From positions 39,556,001 through 39,620,000 of the forward strand of contig CM060733.1 of assembly GCA_030704615.1 (NCBI GenBank): a stretch of 64,000 nucleotides of DNA, read 5' to 3'. This document shows positions 36,620-50,103 of this stretch, one piece after another (within the stretch, counting starts at the first letter, position 1; each line of letters starts with the position of its first letter). The position numbers and the translations under genes were made by a program. This stretch comes from Takakia lepidozioides (taxonomy: Eukaryota; Plantae; Bryophyta). Under the pieces are notes generated by a model, which was not told the origin of the DNA, ran no database searches, and saw only the letters and a list, made by a program, of their open reading frames with translations.

Positions 36620-36969
36620 GGGCCGCTTTACACTAGGGCCCAAGCCCAAGACCAAGTGAGAACGAAGCATTCCCATTGGCCGAGGCTTGAAAATTGGGCC
36701 CAACTGCTTTACACTACGGCCCGAGCCCAAAGAAAATGGAAGTGGGTCATTTGCCTACATGGCACAAGTTTTGGCACCAACTTCTTGGGCTGCACCAAAA
36801 AAAAAGGAACCCTCCTAAGAAGGGAGCCCCAACCAACTCTCACCCAAGAAGTTTGGTATTAAAATAGACTATTTTTGTGCAATCATGACTGTTAAAGTTG
36901 GCCCACGACCAGCCCAAGAGTGGTAGAAATTGGGCCAGGATTTCCTTGGGCCCTAGTGTAAAGCGGCCT
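36620..36969. mobile_element. Tourist/Harbinger-type MITE (350 bp) just upstream of the DYW-PPR gene
   Basis: TIR ggccgctttacactagggcccaag / cttgggccctagtgtaaagcggcc; TAA at 36617-36619 and 36970-36972. Confidence 0.9.
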
Positions 36970-37269
36970 TAAGTATGCGTGGCCCTATGATCCAGCAAGA
37001 TCTACACATGATACCTGAATTTAATTATTTTATTTTTTGAAATTAATTGTTTACAGCCTGAAATTCTAGCGATGACCGAAGGTCGGAAGCTAGTTTAGCA
37101 TAGAGCAGGAATAGGGTGCCATAGTGCCATGTCATCATCGCCACGTTTCGTCGACACGTCATCGTAGCCACATCATCGTCGTCAATTTCTTTGGAACCTG
37201 CCCAAAATTCCCGAAAAGCAGTGCGGGGAAGGGCGTGCTCGATTGCGGAGGGGTTTCACGCCATGTGGT

Positions 37270-37827
37270 GAGGGCATCTTCTTCTTCGACCTATTTCAGC
37301 CTGTTTTGCCTCTCATTAGACTCGGCCCTGAGATGCCTATTATCAGAGTCGTCCCTAAATTATGATGTTGAACTCTGCAAGGTAGCTCATTGGTGGATCT
37401 ATGGTGGTTTTTGAGTATTTTTAACATGTTACTGCCAATGTGGCAACAAGAAAGTATTGAAAATCAGACAACAGAGATGAGGAGAAGCTCTGGAATGCTC
37501 ACCTCAATGATGACCGCGGCTTCTGAAAGAGGATCAAGAGAGGGAGTCCACAATGCCTCTTCTGGCACTTCTGCGCATGTGAAGATGCTTTGTGAGGTAG
37601 GCAGACTGACAGAGGCTCTCTGCACAGATAGCTGCAGGACCAGGGATAGAGGGTGGGTCCAGATTCATCTAAGAGGGCCTGATTTCAAGCTCCAGATCAC
37701 CTTTGATCCCCTGTGGAAGGACAAGTACAAGAAACAGATGGTCAACTGCAACCCGCAACGACAGCGGTCAGACACTGCTAATGAAGGCACCTTCTTCAAC
37801 ACATTTCACCCTATTTTTCCCTCTTAA
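37270..37827 (+). repeat. Dispersed repeat containing a PPR N-terminal fragment; paralogous to 45475-46012 inside the CACTA element
   Basis: Shared blocks cttcttc.acctattt..gcctgtttt, gtgggtccagattcat, cactgctaatgaagg.accttcttcaaca.atttcaccct. VKMLCEVGRLTEAL is a typical PPR N-terminus. Confidence 0.75.
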
Positions 37828-37829
37828 TC

Positions 37830-39352
37830 CATTTGGCTTCTCAGGAATCCTGACTGGCATACAGTGTATGCCCACCATCTCTGGAAGCTTAAACTTTAAG
37901 ACTTGTGCCAACTGCTTTTGGGCAAAATTAGTGTATGACCTCAGTTCATCGTCTGTATAGCTGAGTGGGGTGCCAATGACCTTGGAAAAGTGTAGCCACT
38001 TTCTGGCTTCATGCCCTTTGGAAAAGATGTGATCAAAGCCCAAGATCTCCTTGGCCAAGTTCTCCAGAGCAAAAGTAAACCAAGAGTGGAGTTGGGGATT
38101 CTTCTGAAGCATGATCTTTACATCATACAGATATGTGTGTGGTGGAATTGGGGGTAACGTCCAATGGTCCCCATTGAAATAAGTCTGAAATCTCATCTGC
38201 ATCTTCTGCTACTCATTGTGGTAGCGTAAAATAAAACAAACAACATAATACAGTCCACAACCCATGACCAAACTAGGTACCTCATTGGTCTTGGTGTAGA
38301 TGTACCCATGAACAATCTGGAAGGCAATGAATTCCTTCAACATGGTTCCTGCTTCAGCCATTACCATGCAAAATGGTGATCTTCAATGGGTCTGTCATTT
38401 GGAAGAATTTTAGTCCGAGTTGCCACTGGCAACCAGATGCGCATAATCTGGTAATAGTGTGCCAAAGACTCCGGAGGACTGAATTCTTTCCAAGCCAAAT
38501 CCATAACAATGGGAATTTGGTTGAAGGGCAAAATCATAGCCCTATTGTATTCAAGTTCAGCAGGAGTAGTAGGTGGGTTAAAAGAAACATCACCCCAAAC
38601 CTCAGAGAGTGAGTGTTGCAGCTATTGTATCAACACTGTCGACATGTTGTGGCTGCTGTGATGTTGTTGCCACAGTCCCCCTTGGTGTTGGTAAGTCCGG
38701 CACTTCCTGTGTTGAAGATTGGAAAATCAAAGTCATTGCCTGCAAATAAGTAGCCATAAGCTATTCCTCAGGAACAAAGGCTCTTTTGTCATTGTTAGAG
38801 CTCAAGTCATCCACTTGAGTCTGCAGTCCTTCTACATCCTCTTGTAACTCAGCTATCCAACTATAGACATTGTCTATAATGGTTGTGGCAATGTTCTACA
38901 CCCGTAGCCTGAGATCATTCATCTCGTCTTGGGTGAGCTTTCTTGGTGCTTTCCCTTCCACCGGCCCTTGTGTTAACCACTCTTGCAAAAGATGATTATC
39001 TACCAAGTTCCGAGTAGTAGCACGGAGATCTTGCTCCTCCTTGAGTCTGTACGCCTCCAATTGCTATTGCAAATTCTCCATGCGCTTTGCATGAGGCTCA
39101 ACCAGAGCTGCATAGGCAGCTGACAGATTATTGGCTTCTTTCCATGGCCTTTCACTCACAGAAAGTTCATTCTCCCGCACTGTAATTGTTTGCTGCAATT
39201 CATAGATGTATCTGTCCTTCTAGGCATCGACCTGGTGCAACTGCTGAATGGTATCCCCATTGCGACAGATAGGAACCTTCATGTCAGCAATGAGTTTTCC
39301 TTGCTCTGTTACCTGTCTCCGCTGGTGCTACTGGTGTAGTCTGTGACTGCAT
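37830..39352 (-). pseudogene. Extra sense ORF downstream of the Gypsy integrase (coiled-coil N-terminal part)
   Basis: One long frame (IQQLHQVDA*KDRYIYELQQTITVRENEL...IAELQEDVEGLQTQVDDL) broken only by TAG codons, followed by ORF 37768-38202. Confidence 0.6.
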
Positions 39353-42300
39353 CTTTGTTTCAAAACGCAAATCATGCTGCAATGGTCTATCATGGATACC
39401 ACTGTATCCCTTCAACTTATTGACATTGACTCTACCAAGCATTTCTTTGTTAATGGTTTGTAACATATCTGTGTTGTTATTATACATCTTCTGTATGATA
39501 TATGGTCATTTCCACGGTGATTTAAGCTTAGAAGCTTTAATCTTTCCCTTCTTGTGCAACCATAGTACCAAATCACCGGTCTTAAAAGTCTTCAATTTAC
39601 CTTCATCAAACTGATCATTCATCTTCATCTGAATTCTGGTCATGTTATCTGCTGCATCCGCACGTACTTCTTCCACATGATATAATTCATGTTTCCTTAT
39701 TTTAATTGAATCCTCCAATTCCATTCTCCTTCCCCATTCAGTTCTCATGGTAGGTAATAAGAATTCCACTGGAAGTAAAGCTTCAATGCCATAAACTAAT
39801 TGGAATGATGTATACTTGGTGGTGACTTTGTACGAAGTCTTGTATGACCACAAAGCTGTCAACAGCTTTGTATCCCAGTCTATCCTGTTCGCATTGACTA
39901 TCTTAGCCAATATAGTGCACAGTATTTTGTTGGTGGCCTCTGCCTGCCCATTGCCCTGTGGGTAATAGGTTGTACTCTTCCTGTGCACAATCATGAACTC
40001 TTTAGTCAACAGTTCAATGGTCTCATTAATGAATTGACTTCCCTGGTCACTGATAAATTCCAGAGGACAACCAAATCTTGTATGAATGGTCTCATATAAG
40101 AACATTTGTCTCTTAGAGCCTTAGCTTCCTCCCATTTTGTGGTATAATCAGTGGCTATGATTATATACTTGTTTGTAGTATTTTCCTACTGGTAGTCTCT
40201 TCTCCAAAATGACATCCAGCCACTCTTTTATAAACTTCTTCCAAAACTTTATTTACCTCATGGTGGTACAAGCATCGTTTAAGAACTCCATCAGGTCCTA
40301 GCTTATACAATCTTCCACCTATCATAGTGTATGGTAATGCCTTGATAGCTATTCTTTTCCTCTGCTTCTTCCCATAACTGGGTGGGCACTATCCATGAGT
40401 AAGGTGGTATCTGATTGGCCACTGCCAATCTAACCAATCATCTGCACTTCCCTGCATTTCCACTGCAAATAAACTCGCATCAGGCAATTGATCGTCTACT
40501 CCTATGGCAGGTTCTCCTGTTGAAAGGCGTGATAAGTGATCTGCCACAAGATGCAAATGTCCAGACTTGTAAACAACTTTGAATCCAAACTCGTGCAAGA
40601 TATCAACCATCTTGCTATCCTGCCACTTATCAAGGGCTTGTTCACCAGATAAATCAAAGCCTGATGATCCACATAGAACATAAACTTCCTTCCCAGCCAG
40701 TAATGCCTGAACTTCTTGACTGCATAGATCACTACCAAAGCTTATCTTTTCAGTAGTGTTATAGTTTCTTTCAGCACCGTTCAACAATCTGCTAGCATAG
40801 TACAAAGATGAATCTATGTTTCCTGTGACATTTTAGGCTAACACAACTCCCAAAGCTTCTCCCGAGGCATCACAGTGTACATGAAATACCACATGCCAGT
40901 GAGGGTTAATCAACACATGTGTAGTTGTTACTGACATTGTAAGTGCCTCAAATGCCTGCTGGCATTCAGCTGTCCATGCAAACACTGCATCCTTCTTCAA
41001 AAGCTTGCTCAATGGTGCTGCCATCTGTGCATACCGTTTGATAAACCTTCTGTAATAACTGGTTTGTCCAATGAATCTCCTTAGAGCCTGAATATTTACT
41101 AGTGGTGGGGATGCTTTAATGGCCTCAGTCTTCTAGGATCCACAAGCAGTCTTTTCTTACACACAATGTGTCCCAGTAGTACCCCTGAGTTCACATAGAA
41201 AGTACATTTTTTTGGATTCAGGCCAAGACCTCTCATCCTGCATCTGGCCAAACATAATTCCAACTTCTACAAGTGCTCATTCTCTAGAGCTGTACACATT
41301 GAAATCATCTAAGAACACATACATGAATTCATCCAAATACTCATGGAAAGATTCACTTATCACTCTCTGTAAAGTTGCTGGTGCATTACAAAGTCCAAAA
41401 GGCATGACTTTGTGTGCATAAGCACCCTAGTCTGTGATGAAAGCAGTCTTTCCTTGGTCTTCTTCAGCTACTTGTACTTGGTTATACCCATTGAAGCCAA
41501 CCATGAATGAGTACATCTCATGGCCTACCACAGTGTCCAGTACAGCTTCTGTGAATGACAAAGGAAATGGATCTTTTTTTGTACAATCATTCAACTTATT
41601 ATAGTTCACACAAACTCTCAGTTTGTCATTCTTCTTGGGAACTATCATAATGGGTGATAGCCAAGTTGTATACTCTATCGGGTTATATAAACTTAGCCTC
41701 GGCCAACTTCTTAATCTCATCCCCAACCTTCTATACATAGTTGGGATTCATCCTGTACCTTGCTTGTTTGATTGGTACTGACCATGGTCCAGTTGAATCT
41801 TATGCTGACAGATCTCAGGTGGTGTCCCTTTTAGAGCTTCATAGCTCCAAGCAAATACATCTCTGTATTTGATAAACAAGCTCTTAGCTTCCTCAAAGAA
41901 TTATGGCTCCAAGTCCGCCCCAACTTTCACCATTCTTGGTTCCTCCTCAGTTTCCACATTAACTTCTTTCGCCTGCTCTTCAGCTGTGATTGTCCATCCA
42001 GCCACTACTTCATCCTGTAAACTCACAGTGGCTGGTTCCTCTAAGATTTCCATTTCTTCCTCTCTTTCTTCATATAAATATGGTGGGTAGTGGCTTGTTT
42101 CCCCCTCAATTGGTGTTGTTGTTACTGTACCACAACATATACCCTTTAAACAACTTAGTCCTCCCAGCTGCATTTCTGCAGCCTGCTCCCACTATGGGTG
42201 TGCAGCAAACAGAGTAGCCTCCTACTCTTTCAAATCCTCCCACTACAACACACCCTATGTAATTTCGACGATTTAGTTTGACGCTGGCGTTGACTATTGT

Positions 42301-43770
42301 CACTTTCGACTGTTCCAACCATTTTGCAGTCAAAATTTATATTAAAATATTCGAGGTGCTAGACAACCGTGAAAATTTTGACTGTAATGAGAGATTTTGA
42401 CTACCTAAAATGAGCTGACTGAGACAACCAGTTAAGCAATGGCATGTGTATTCACAATATATAAACTATATATAACAATATATACGTGGATAATAAAAAA
42501 TAAAAACATTTAACTATTTTTTCACTGACCCAGCACATCAATAGTAAACTAATCGTGTGCTGGTTAAGGTTAGTGAAACAAAACAACTGAATTATCTGAA
42601 TGAATGATAAACAAACGCCTTGCTGGCAGCTATTGGATGAACGTATGAAAGGTTAGTGAAACAGAACAATTGAATTATCTGAACGAATGATAAACAAATG
42701 CCTTGCTGGCAGTTGTTGTTGGATGAACGTATGAAATATAATTTGTGTGCACTGGATGAACGTATGAATGAACAATAAAGCAAACGCCTTGCTGGCAACT
42801 ATTGGATGAACGGAAAATTAAATGGATGGATGGATAGATTGATGGAAAACCCAAAATCCATCCATCTACGATACATTCATCCAAATAATTCAAAATGGAT
42901 TTAGGGTTGCGGGATTGCGTTCAGCGATGAGTAAGTTACGGGACTTGATCGTTTTGCTGTGTTTGCGTGGGAGGATCTGCAGGATATGCAATAGCTTGGG
43001 TGGACAACCGCATTCGCAAGGTGTGGCTTTTCTTAATGTACGATGTGAAGATGTTTGTCCATCCTGCAAATGTGGGCTCTTAGTACCATGATTTGGTATT
43101 CTTCCTGATGTTTACAACGTTCTTGGGAGAGTCGGCTTGGTCTTAGCAGGCCGTGTTTCAATCTCCGCCCGCTCAGCTGCATCGTGGTGGTTCTCGCAGA
43201 CCAATCCTCTCGCAGACCAATCCGACATTACCTGACTACAGACACAAGCAGCACACACAAGAGGTGGTCAGTCACATCCTCGATGGGTCATGACACAAGG
43301 TCGAGGACAATGTGGTGTGTCTCTCTTACGAGCGCCATTTGCTCAAGACAATATTCAAAGTTTGCATTGACGTGTTCTTCATGGCAAGCTCTTTGCTAGC
43401 GATAGTCACATAACTCGTTCTGGGCCCTGTTAAATTACCTCTGTTGCGGAGGAAGGAGTTCTTAGAAAATCACTGGAAAGGGTACCATGCCATTGCATAT
43501 TTTCACACCACTTGAGAAAGCTCTACAACCATCCACATGCGGGTCGAAGTTCCCACTGGAGGGTGTTTAGAAGGTCTGAAAATTGGTAGTAAGCCATGTA
43601 CATGTTCTGATTTCCTTATCAATGATGGCATATGAATGTAGCTGAAGCCAGGGTTATGCAGGGTGGGTGAGACAGTTCCCCGAACCCCAACTGTGGGCTA
43701 GTATAAAATCAATCTGGACTGGATCTGTGTGAGTGCATTCTTTTTTACACTGAGAATATTTTGCAAGCAG

Positions 43771-43869
43771 GAATTCACAGAATTTCAAGGTGTCGAGGAG
43801 ACTATCTCTTTCATATCTGACTACATGAAGATGCATGGGCCCTTTGATGGCCTTGTTGGTTTCTCTCAG
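43771..43869 (+). pseudogene. Isolated exon of an FSH1-family serine hydrolase inside the CACTA element
   Basis: AG|EFTEFQGVEETISFISDYMKMHGPFDGLVGFSQ|GT; GPFDG..GFSQ(G) nucleophile-elbow motif; 99-nt phase-0 exon. Confidence 0.8.
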
Positions 43870-46164
43870 GTAATCACTCCTTCCATCTTTTCTACCTTCT
43901 TTACAAAGTCCCTTTGCCATATACTAGATGGCAGGGACTTACCCATGAGTGTTATGCATTTACCTTTACATGGACGTTGTAACCTTGTAGCCATAGGTCC
44001 CAACAGTTGGGAGTCCTCAATGTTGGTTGACAATCTAACTTGGAAATATTTGAGCTGGATGCCCTGCCTGGCAGACTGGTGGTGACTGTTTTATGGGTTG
44101 TTGCCAAAAGCTATGGTAGGTGGTCTTGTAGTTGGCAAGAATGAGGTGGATAATGAACTTTATCATGAGAGAGTGTACTGATAAGACATTGTTTGCAGTA
44201 GCCTTGTGGCCATAGATGCGCGCACATTGTGTGTGAGAGAGAGAAGGAGAGAGAGAAGGTAGAATGTGCTAGTTGAAAGGAGAAATACAGGTTTAGAGAG
44301 GGATCAAGCAGATCTCACTTGTTCCTTCTCTTCAACCACTAGATCTATCAAGTAGGAGATTACCACAATTAGCCAATGAGGACTTGAAGGGAACCCACAC
44401 CAAAATACACCCAACCTCTGCCAAAGATGAAACACTTGCAGTGCCCCACCATTGCCACGAGCTGTTTTGTCTCTATGCAACGTTTGTTGTTTTTTTATCC
44501 AAAATTTCATGTCTGGGGGTCCTTGAGGCCCCCTGTTTTGGGAATATCATGCTTCTCACAGTTGCTTGTGCGAAACAAAGTAGATTCACTGTGCTGCAAG
44601 TAGGCCACAGATTTGGCTCATTGACTAACCTGCTTTGAGGCATACTATGTGGGGAGATACTTACCTGATTTCACTCACAAAATGGGCAGGAGTTAAGTTT
44701 GAGAGAGCGTAAGAAATTTGGGAGCTGAAGAATATTAGCACAAAGTGTCTTTATACAACATACATAAATGTACATTGTTGATGTGTAGCTGTAGAAAAGG
44801 ATGCAGGAGATAATCAGGTCTATCAGATAATATTTCACTTCTCTTTATTACCCTTGACTCTGATGAACTCAATCGCCCTGGTCCTAGAGGGGTGCAATGG
44901 CCTACCCAGGATGTCAAGTTAAACTCTGTTCCAAGGCCGTCGTGTTACTGACAATACGGGTTGTCTATTGATGTGTAGGGGGCAGTCCTGTCCACAGCTC
45001 TTGCAGGCCTTCAAGAGAAGGTATGTTTCTCAATGACCTAAGGCACCTTCTTCGACGTCTTTCAGCCTGTTTTGCCCGCTCATCAGACTCGGCCTTGAAT
45101 TTGCAGCACGGAGCAGAGCAGGCATGAATTTTGTAAAGATCCTTCATGATGGTGCGACAACCGCAATCGCAAGGTGTGGCTTTTTCTTAATGTACGATGT
45201 GAAGAAGTTTGTCCATCATGTAAATGTGGGCTGTTGGCTCCTGTTAGTACCATGATTTGGTATTCTTCCTGATGTTTACAAGGTTCTTGAGAGAGAGCTT
45301 GGTCTTAGCAGGCCGTGTTTCAATCTCTGCTCAGCTGCACTGTGGTTGTTCTCACAAACCAATCCGACAGTTCCTGACGATGGACACAAGCAGCACACAC
45401 AAGAGGATCTTTGGGTTGATGGTCTGTCAAATCCTCCATGGGTCATGACACAAGGTCAAGGTCGACAATGTGGTGAGGGCACCTTCTTCTTCAACCTATT
45501 TCTGCCTGTTTTACCCTCTCATCAGACTCGGCCCTGAGATGCATATTGAATTCTGTAAGTTAGCTCGTTGGGTGGATCTGTGGTGGTTAGGAGTGACTTT
45601 GACAAGTTACTGCCGACGTGGCAGCAGGAAAGTATCCAAAAACAGATAACATAGATTAGGAGAAGCTCGATGGTGGATCTATGGTGGTTTTGACATGTTA
45701 CTGTAGGTAGGGTTAGGGCGTCAGTGTCAGCTGCTTCAGCTGCTAGCTGCAGCAAGGCAAGGATGTGTGCATGATTTGTGCAGAGGTCTGGATAGCTGAA
45801 GGAGCAGGGATAGAGTGTGGGTCCAGATTCATCCAAGAGGGCCGAATTTCAAGCTCCAGATTACCTATGATTCCCTGTGGAAGGATAGCTACACGAAACC
45901 TGCATGGGTAGATGGTGAACTGGAAGCCACAGCACCAGCGGCTCAATTGATAAAATCACGCACTGCTAATGAAGGTACCTTCTTCAACAGATTTCACCCT
46001 GTTTTTCCCTCTTATCAGAATTGGCCCTAAATTTTCATGTTGAATTCTGATACTTTTCTGACCCCAGGCAATGGCGGGACAATCGAGGCAAAAAGGTGAA
46101 TGCTTGTTGGATTACAAAGAGTAGCAGATGCAATTGACCATAGGAACTAGTGTGATAAGTTGAC

Positions 46165-47040
46165 ATGTATGCCCTGGTGGACATGTATGCCCAATGTGGG
46201 TGCATTGAGGATGCAAAGCAAGGAACTTATGTGTACTCTGTTTATATACTGGGTTGGCAGGGAGGCTTTGGAGATTGTGAATGGGTGATGCTTGTAGGGT
46301 ATGCACAGCAGGGACTTGGTATGGAGGCTTTGGAGACCTATGATCAAATATTGATGGGGGAAGGGGTGAAGCCCAACCACATCACGTTGCAGCATACTGG
46401 TACTTCACAGCCATGGCGGCTCTCTCAGCCCCTCCATTTTTTTTTCTTTTGGTTTTTTTGGCGCTGGGAGAGAGCAGCAGCTCTGCTGTCTCCTTCCCCT
46501 TGCTTATGCCGATCATTAAAGGGGAAATTGTCATTCTGAACTCTGCCTTGGTGGACATGTATGCCAAATGTGGGTGCAGCAAGCCTGATGTGAAGGGAGA
46601 GTTTGACAATATGGCTGAACGAGTTGTGGTATTTTGGAGTGCCATGATTGCAAGGTATGTGCAGCATGGGTATGGGATTAAGGCTTTGGAAACATAAGAG
46701 CAAATGATGTGGGAAGGGATGAAGCCAGACCAGGCCGTCATGTTCATTTGTTTTTGTAATATGCATATGCGAGCCTAGCAGCCCTGGGAAGGGGCAAAGA
46801 GGTTTATGGTGACATTATCGAAGCTGGAATTGTACCAGATGTCATTCTGAACATTCCCCTGGTGTACATCTACGTCAAATGTGAGCCTGGCAGCCATCAA
46901 AAGGGCACAAAGGTCCATGATGACATCGTCAAAGCTGGAGTTGTCACTCTAAACACTGCCTTGGTGGATATGTATTTCAAGGCAGCCCTGGAAGTGGATG
47001 TCACTTTGGGTGACAAGATAGCTGGCACCACCATTCTCTG
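46165..47040 (+). pseudogene. Degenerate PLS-PPR fragments inside the CACTA element
   Basis: ALVDMYAQCGCIEDAK, ALVDMYAKCG, WSAMIARYVQHGYGIKALET*, TLNTALVDMY; frameshifts and stops. Confidence 0.85.
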
Positions 47041-48225
47041 GAACTACCTGAATTTATTCTCAAAATGATTTCTAATGTTCTCTTGACATGTCCACGATAG
47101 TGCTGGACCTAGCTGCACAGCAGATTATCCTTACTCAATGACTTCAGTTGGGCAGTGATCTATGGATATGGCAACATGACCCTCGTTTTGAGCCATCCAA
47201 ATGTATATGGTTCCGACGTGTATTTGTATTCTATGTTTTGTTGTATTTGTAATATATTTTCAATGCAGTGCAGCGAGTCAAAAAAATTAAATACAATATC
47301 CACTAATTCACATACGTACAGATATAACCTAAAAGTAAATGAAAAAAGCGAAATAACAGTAATAAACCAAAAAATAAATAAAAAGCCTCCCAATTCATAT
47401 ATATGTTATATTATATTTATATGTATATATGTATATACATTTCCAGAGTGAAACATATTTACTAAAATGTGTCCTCTTTTACTGCTTCACAGTAGAATAT
47501 TACAATATACAAAGTCAAGCAAACTCACTATCACTGATTTACAGTCAAACTGTATACTAAACATCATGGAACATAGTCAATATGTTCCACTTCAGTTAAA
47601 CCACTTTACTACATGTCATGCATCCACGTCACTTTGCCCTTAAGCCACTTACTACACGTCATGCATCCACCTTATAATTCAGTTAAACCACTTTACTACA
47701 CGTCATAGCCACATCATAGCCACGTCGCATCCACGTCATACTGTGCTGCCTACACGTCACCCCCTAGGTTTTACTGTCACATTTCATTGTCAGAACCTGG
47801 CATCTGGATTCGATTGCTTGACTGAAACGACTTGACCTTTGTCACGTATGTTCGACTATGGAGGCTGGGAGTAAAAATGTCGCAAATGACTAAAAAATGA
47901 GTCAAATACAAAGTCGAAAAGCCCAGTTTGTATTGTAGTGTCCCCTCCAGTCATATTCTCTGACTCCTCGAGGTCTTCTGGTAGCAGGTAGCCTACTAGA
48001 TTTCTTAGTGGTGACCTGTATCTTGTGCTTCCCATTATGCACAGTTAGTAACTGGGAATTCCAGTCATGGAATACCCTGGCCTGTTTCAGCCACGGCCGA
48101 CCCGGTAATAAAGAGTAAGCTTCCATGACATCATCCATTTTCAACACAGTCACTGTGATCTTAAAGATCATCTTCTGAATCAGTATCTTTACTCCTCTTA
48201 TCAGGCCTAATGGCTGTACACTTAT

Positions 48226-50103
48226 ATGAGTGAGGAAGAAGAAATCCAGAAGAAGAACTTGGAAGATGAAAACATAGAGAAGAATTTGGAAGATGAAGAG
48301 TATAAAGAAGTAGACCCAACAGTTGAGGTTGAGACTACAACCAGAACATCCCAACCTATTGGACCTGGATCAAGTAGAGCACTTGGATCACAGACCAACA
48401 AAGGTGTCGGCTCAGGGGGATCAGGCGGGCAGCTTGGATTTGGCTCTAGGGGGACAGGGAGTGTGGGAAGTAGTGCAACTGGAGCTGAGGGTACTGCAAG
48501 TACAGGGGGGCCAGTAGCAGGGAGTGCTCAGGGGCCAACACCTGGTGGGAGTTCCACCACTACAAGAAAGCAAGTGAATTGTATGCAAGGTTTCCTAATA
48601 ATCATTTCCTAACCTGTAATGGCCTTAGTACAACATTCCAAAACACGTTCAGGACAAGCAAAACTGAGGATGAAGTGTATGGAAGTTTACAACAGTTAAG
48701 GCAAAAGAAGCATGAAACTGTTGAAGAATATATAGAGAAGATGGAGTTGATGATGAAAAAGCTGGCTGCTGTACCAGCACCAAGATAACAGAAGACCTGG
48801 TTTGTGAGTGGACTAAAACCTGAATTACAAAAGAAAGTGAATATGCTACCCCATAATACAGTGGATGAGGCATTCGAAACAGCCAACAGAATTGAACAAT
48901 TGAGAATGCTCAGGAGAGATAAAAGGGAAGATGAGGACTCTAAAGATGAGTCAGATGAGGAAGAATAGCAAGAAGAAGGAAAAGCTGAAGAGGGACAACT
49001 ATGAAAAAAAATTGGAAGAAATCTTGAAAAAATACGCCACAGAGACTGCAACACATTGGAGGAAATGTGTTTAGTGTGCAAAGTGTCAAAATGAAGGCCA
49101 TACCACAGCTAAGGCACACATGAAGGAGAAACACTATATTATTTGTAAAATGGATAACCATTCTACTGAGAAAAGCTATTACAATATAAGGATAGCTACA
49201 AGAGAACCTAGGCAAGTGAGGGTGCATCAAGTGCAACCACAGACAAGAAGAAACAATGACCATGACCACTATGGTAGCCTTGGTGGATATAACAATGGTA
49301 TGGTAAGAAGAGGTAATCCAAAAAGAAACTACCAAGGCAATCTCAGAGGCAACTATTAGGGTAATCCAAGGGGGAATTACCAGCCAGGAATCAGGATTAT
49401 AGAAATAATCCCAGAATAGATCAAGGGCGAGGACCCAATGGTGAAGAACTGTGTTACTATTGTAACCAGGCAGGACATCGCAAAGCAGCCTGTCCATTCT
49501 GGATCAGACACCAGAATGAGATGAGAGCTCATGTGCATGGAGGCCTGGTAGTGGCAACTCACATGGTTATGCCATGTGTTGTACTAGAAGCTGTAAGTAC
49601 AATGATAGTTACCAGAAGCAAAGCTAAACTATTACCTCCAGCGGATAAGGAAGAAGATGTTAATGAAGATGGCAGCGATGTGCTTGCAGATGATGAGGCA
49701 TGGAGAGATGAGAATGAACTGCACAAGGAAGTGGCTGATACCATAAGGGAAATGCAGAAGGATACTGATATCCCTATGGCAGATTCTTCTAACTCTGAAG
49801 GAGAAAGTGAAGAAGGTGACGATGAAGTGAAGCAAGAGGCTCTTGCTTCACGGGTGCAGGATAATGAAGGGGCTTTGGCTGAAGTAATATGCCAGTCCAA
49901 AGCTGAGATTACAATTGGGCAGCTATTGGCTGTGGCACCCCATTGTAGACACAGGCTGTATCACGCAATTAATCAGATTGCTCATGTGACAGAGAACACA
50001 GACCTGAACATCAAGGTGACAAGTTATAATGTGAAACCTGAAGGTCCAGAAACTGTCATGGACTTTGATGATTCCATGCCAGTAATCCAATTGAGAATTG
50101 TTG
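48226..50103 (+). pseudogene. Gypsy gag to protease-N-terminal segment, opposite in orientation to the adjacent pol
   Basis: LQQLRQKKHETVEEY, WFVSGLKPEL, CYYCNQAGHRKAACP zinc knuckle at ~49450, ITIGQLLAVAPHCR, MPVIQLRI. Confidence 0.8.

Larger units (their letters stand above)
42241..47940. mobile_element. Non-autonomous CACTA (EnSpm) element, 5,700 bp, carrying host gene fragments
   Basis: CACTACAA ... TTGTAGTG termini; TCC at 42238-42240 and 47941-47943 (3-bp TSD); subterminal tandem repeats at 42568-42810 and 47590-47760; interrupts Gypsy pol; no transposase seen. Confidence 0.9.
37830..50103 (-). mobile_element. Decayed Ty3/Gypsy LTR retrotransposon (PR-RT-RH-INT on -, gag segment on +), split by the CACTA insertion; LTRs not identified
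   Basis: Protease tail SLLPGRPWLKQARVFHDW (47941-48225); RT WLSPIMIVPKKNDKLRVCV, MPFGLCNAPAT, VFLDDF; RNase H VHCDASGEALG, YYASRLL; integrase ISDQGSQF, YYPQGNGQAEATNK; many stops and frameshifts. Confidence 0.92.
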
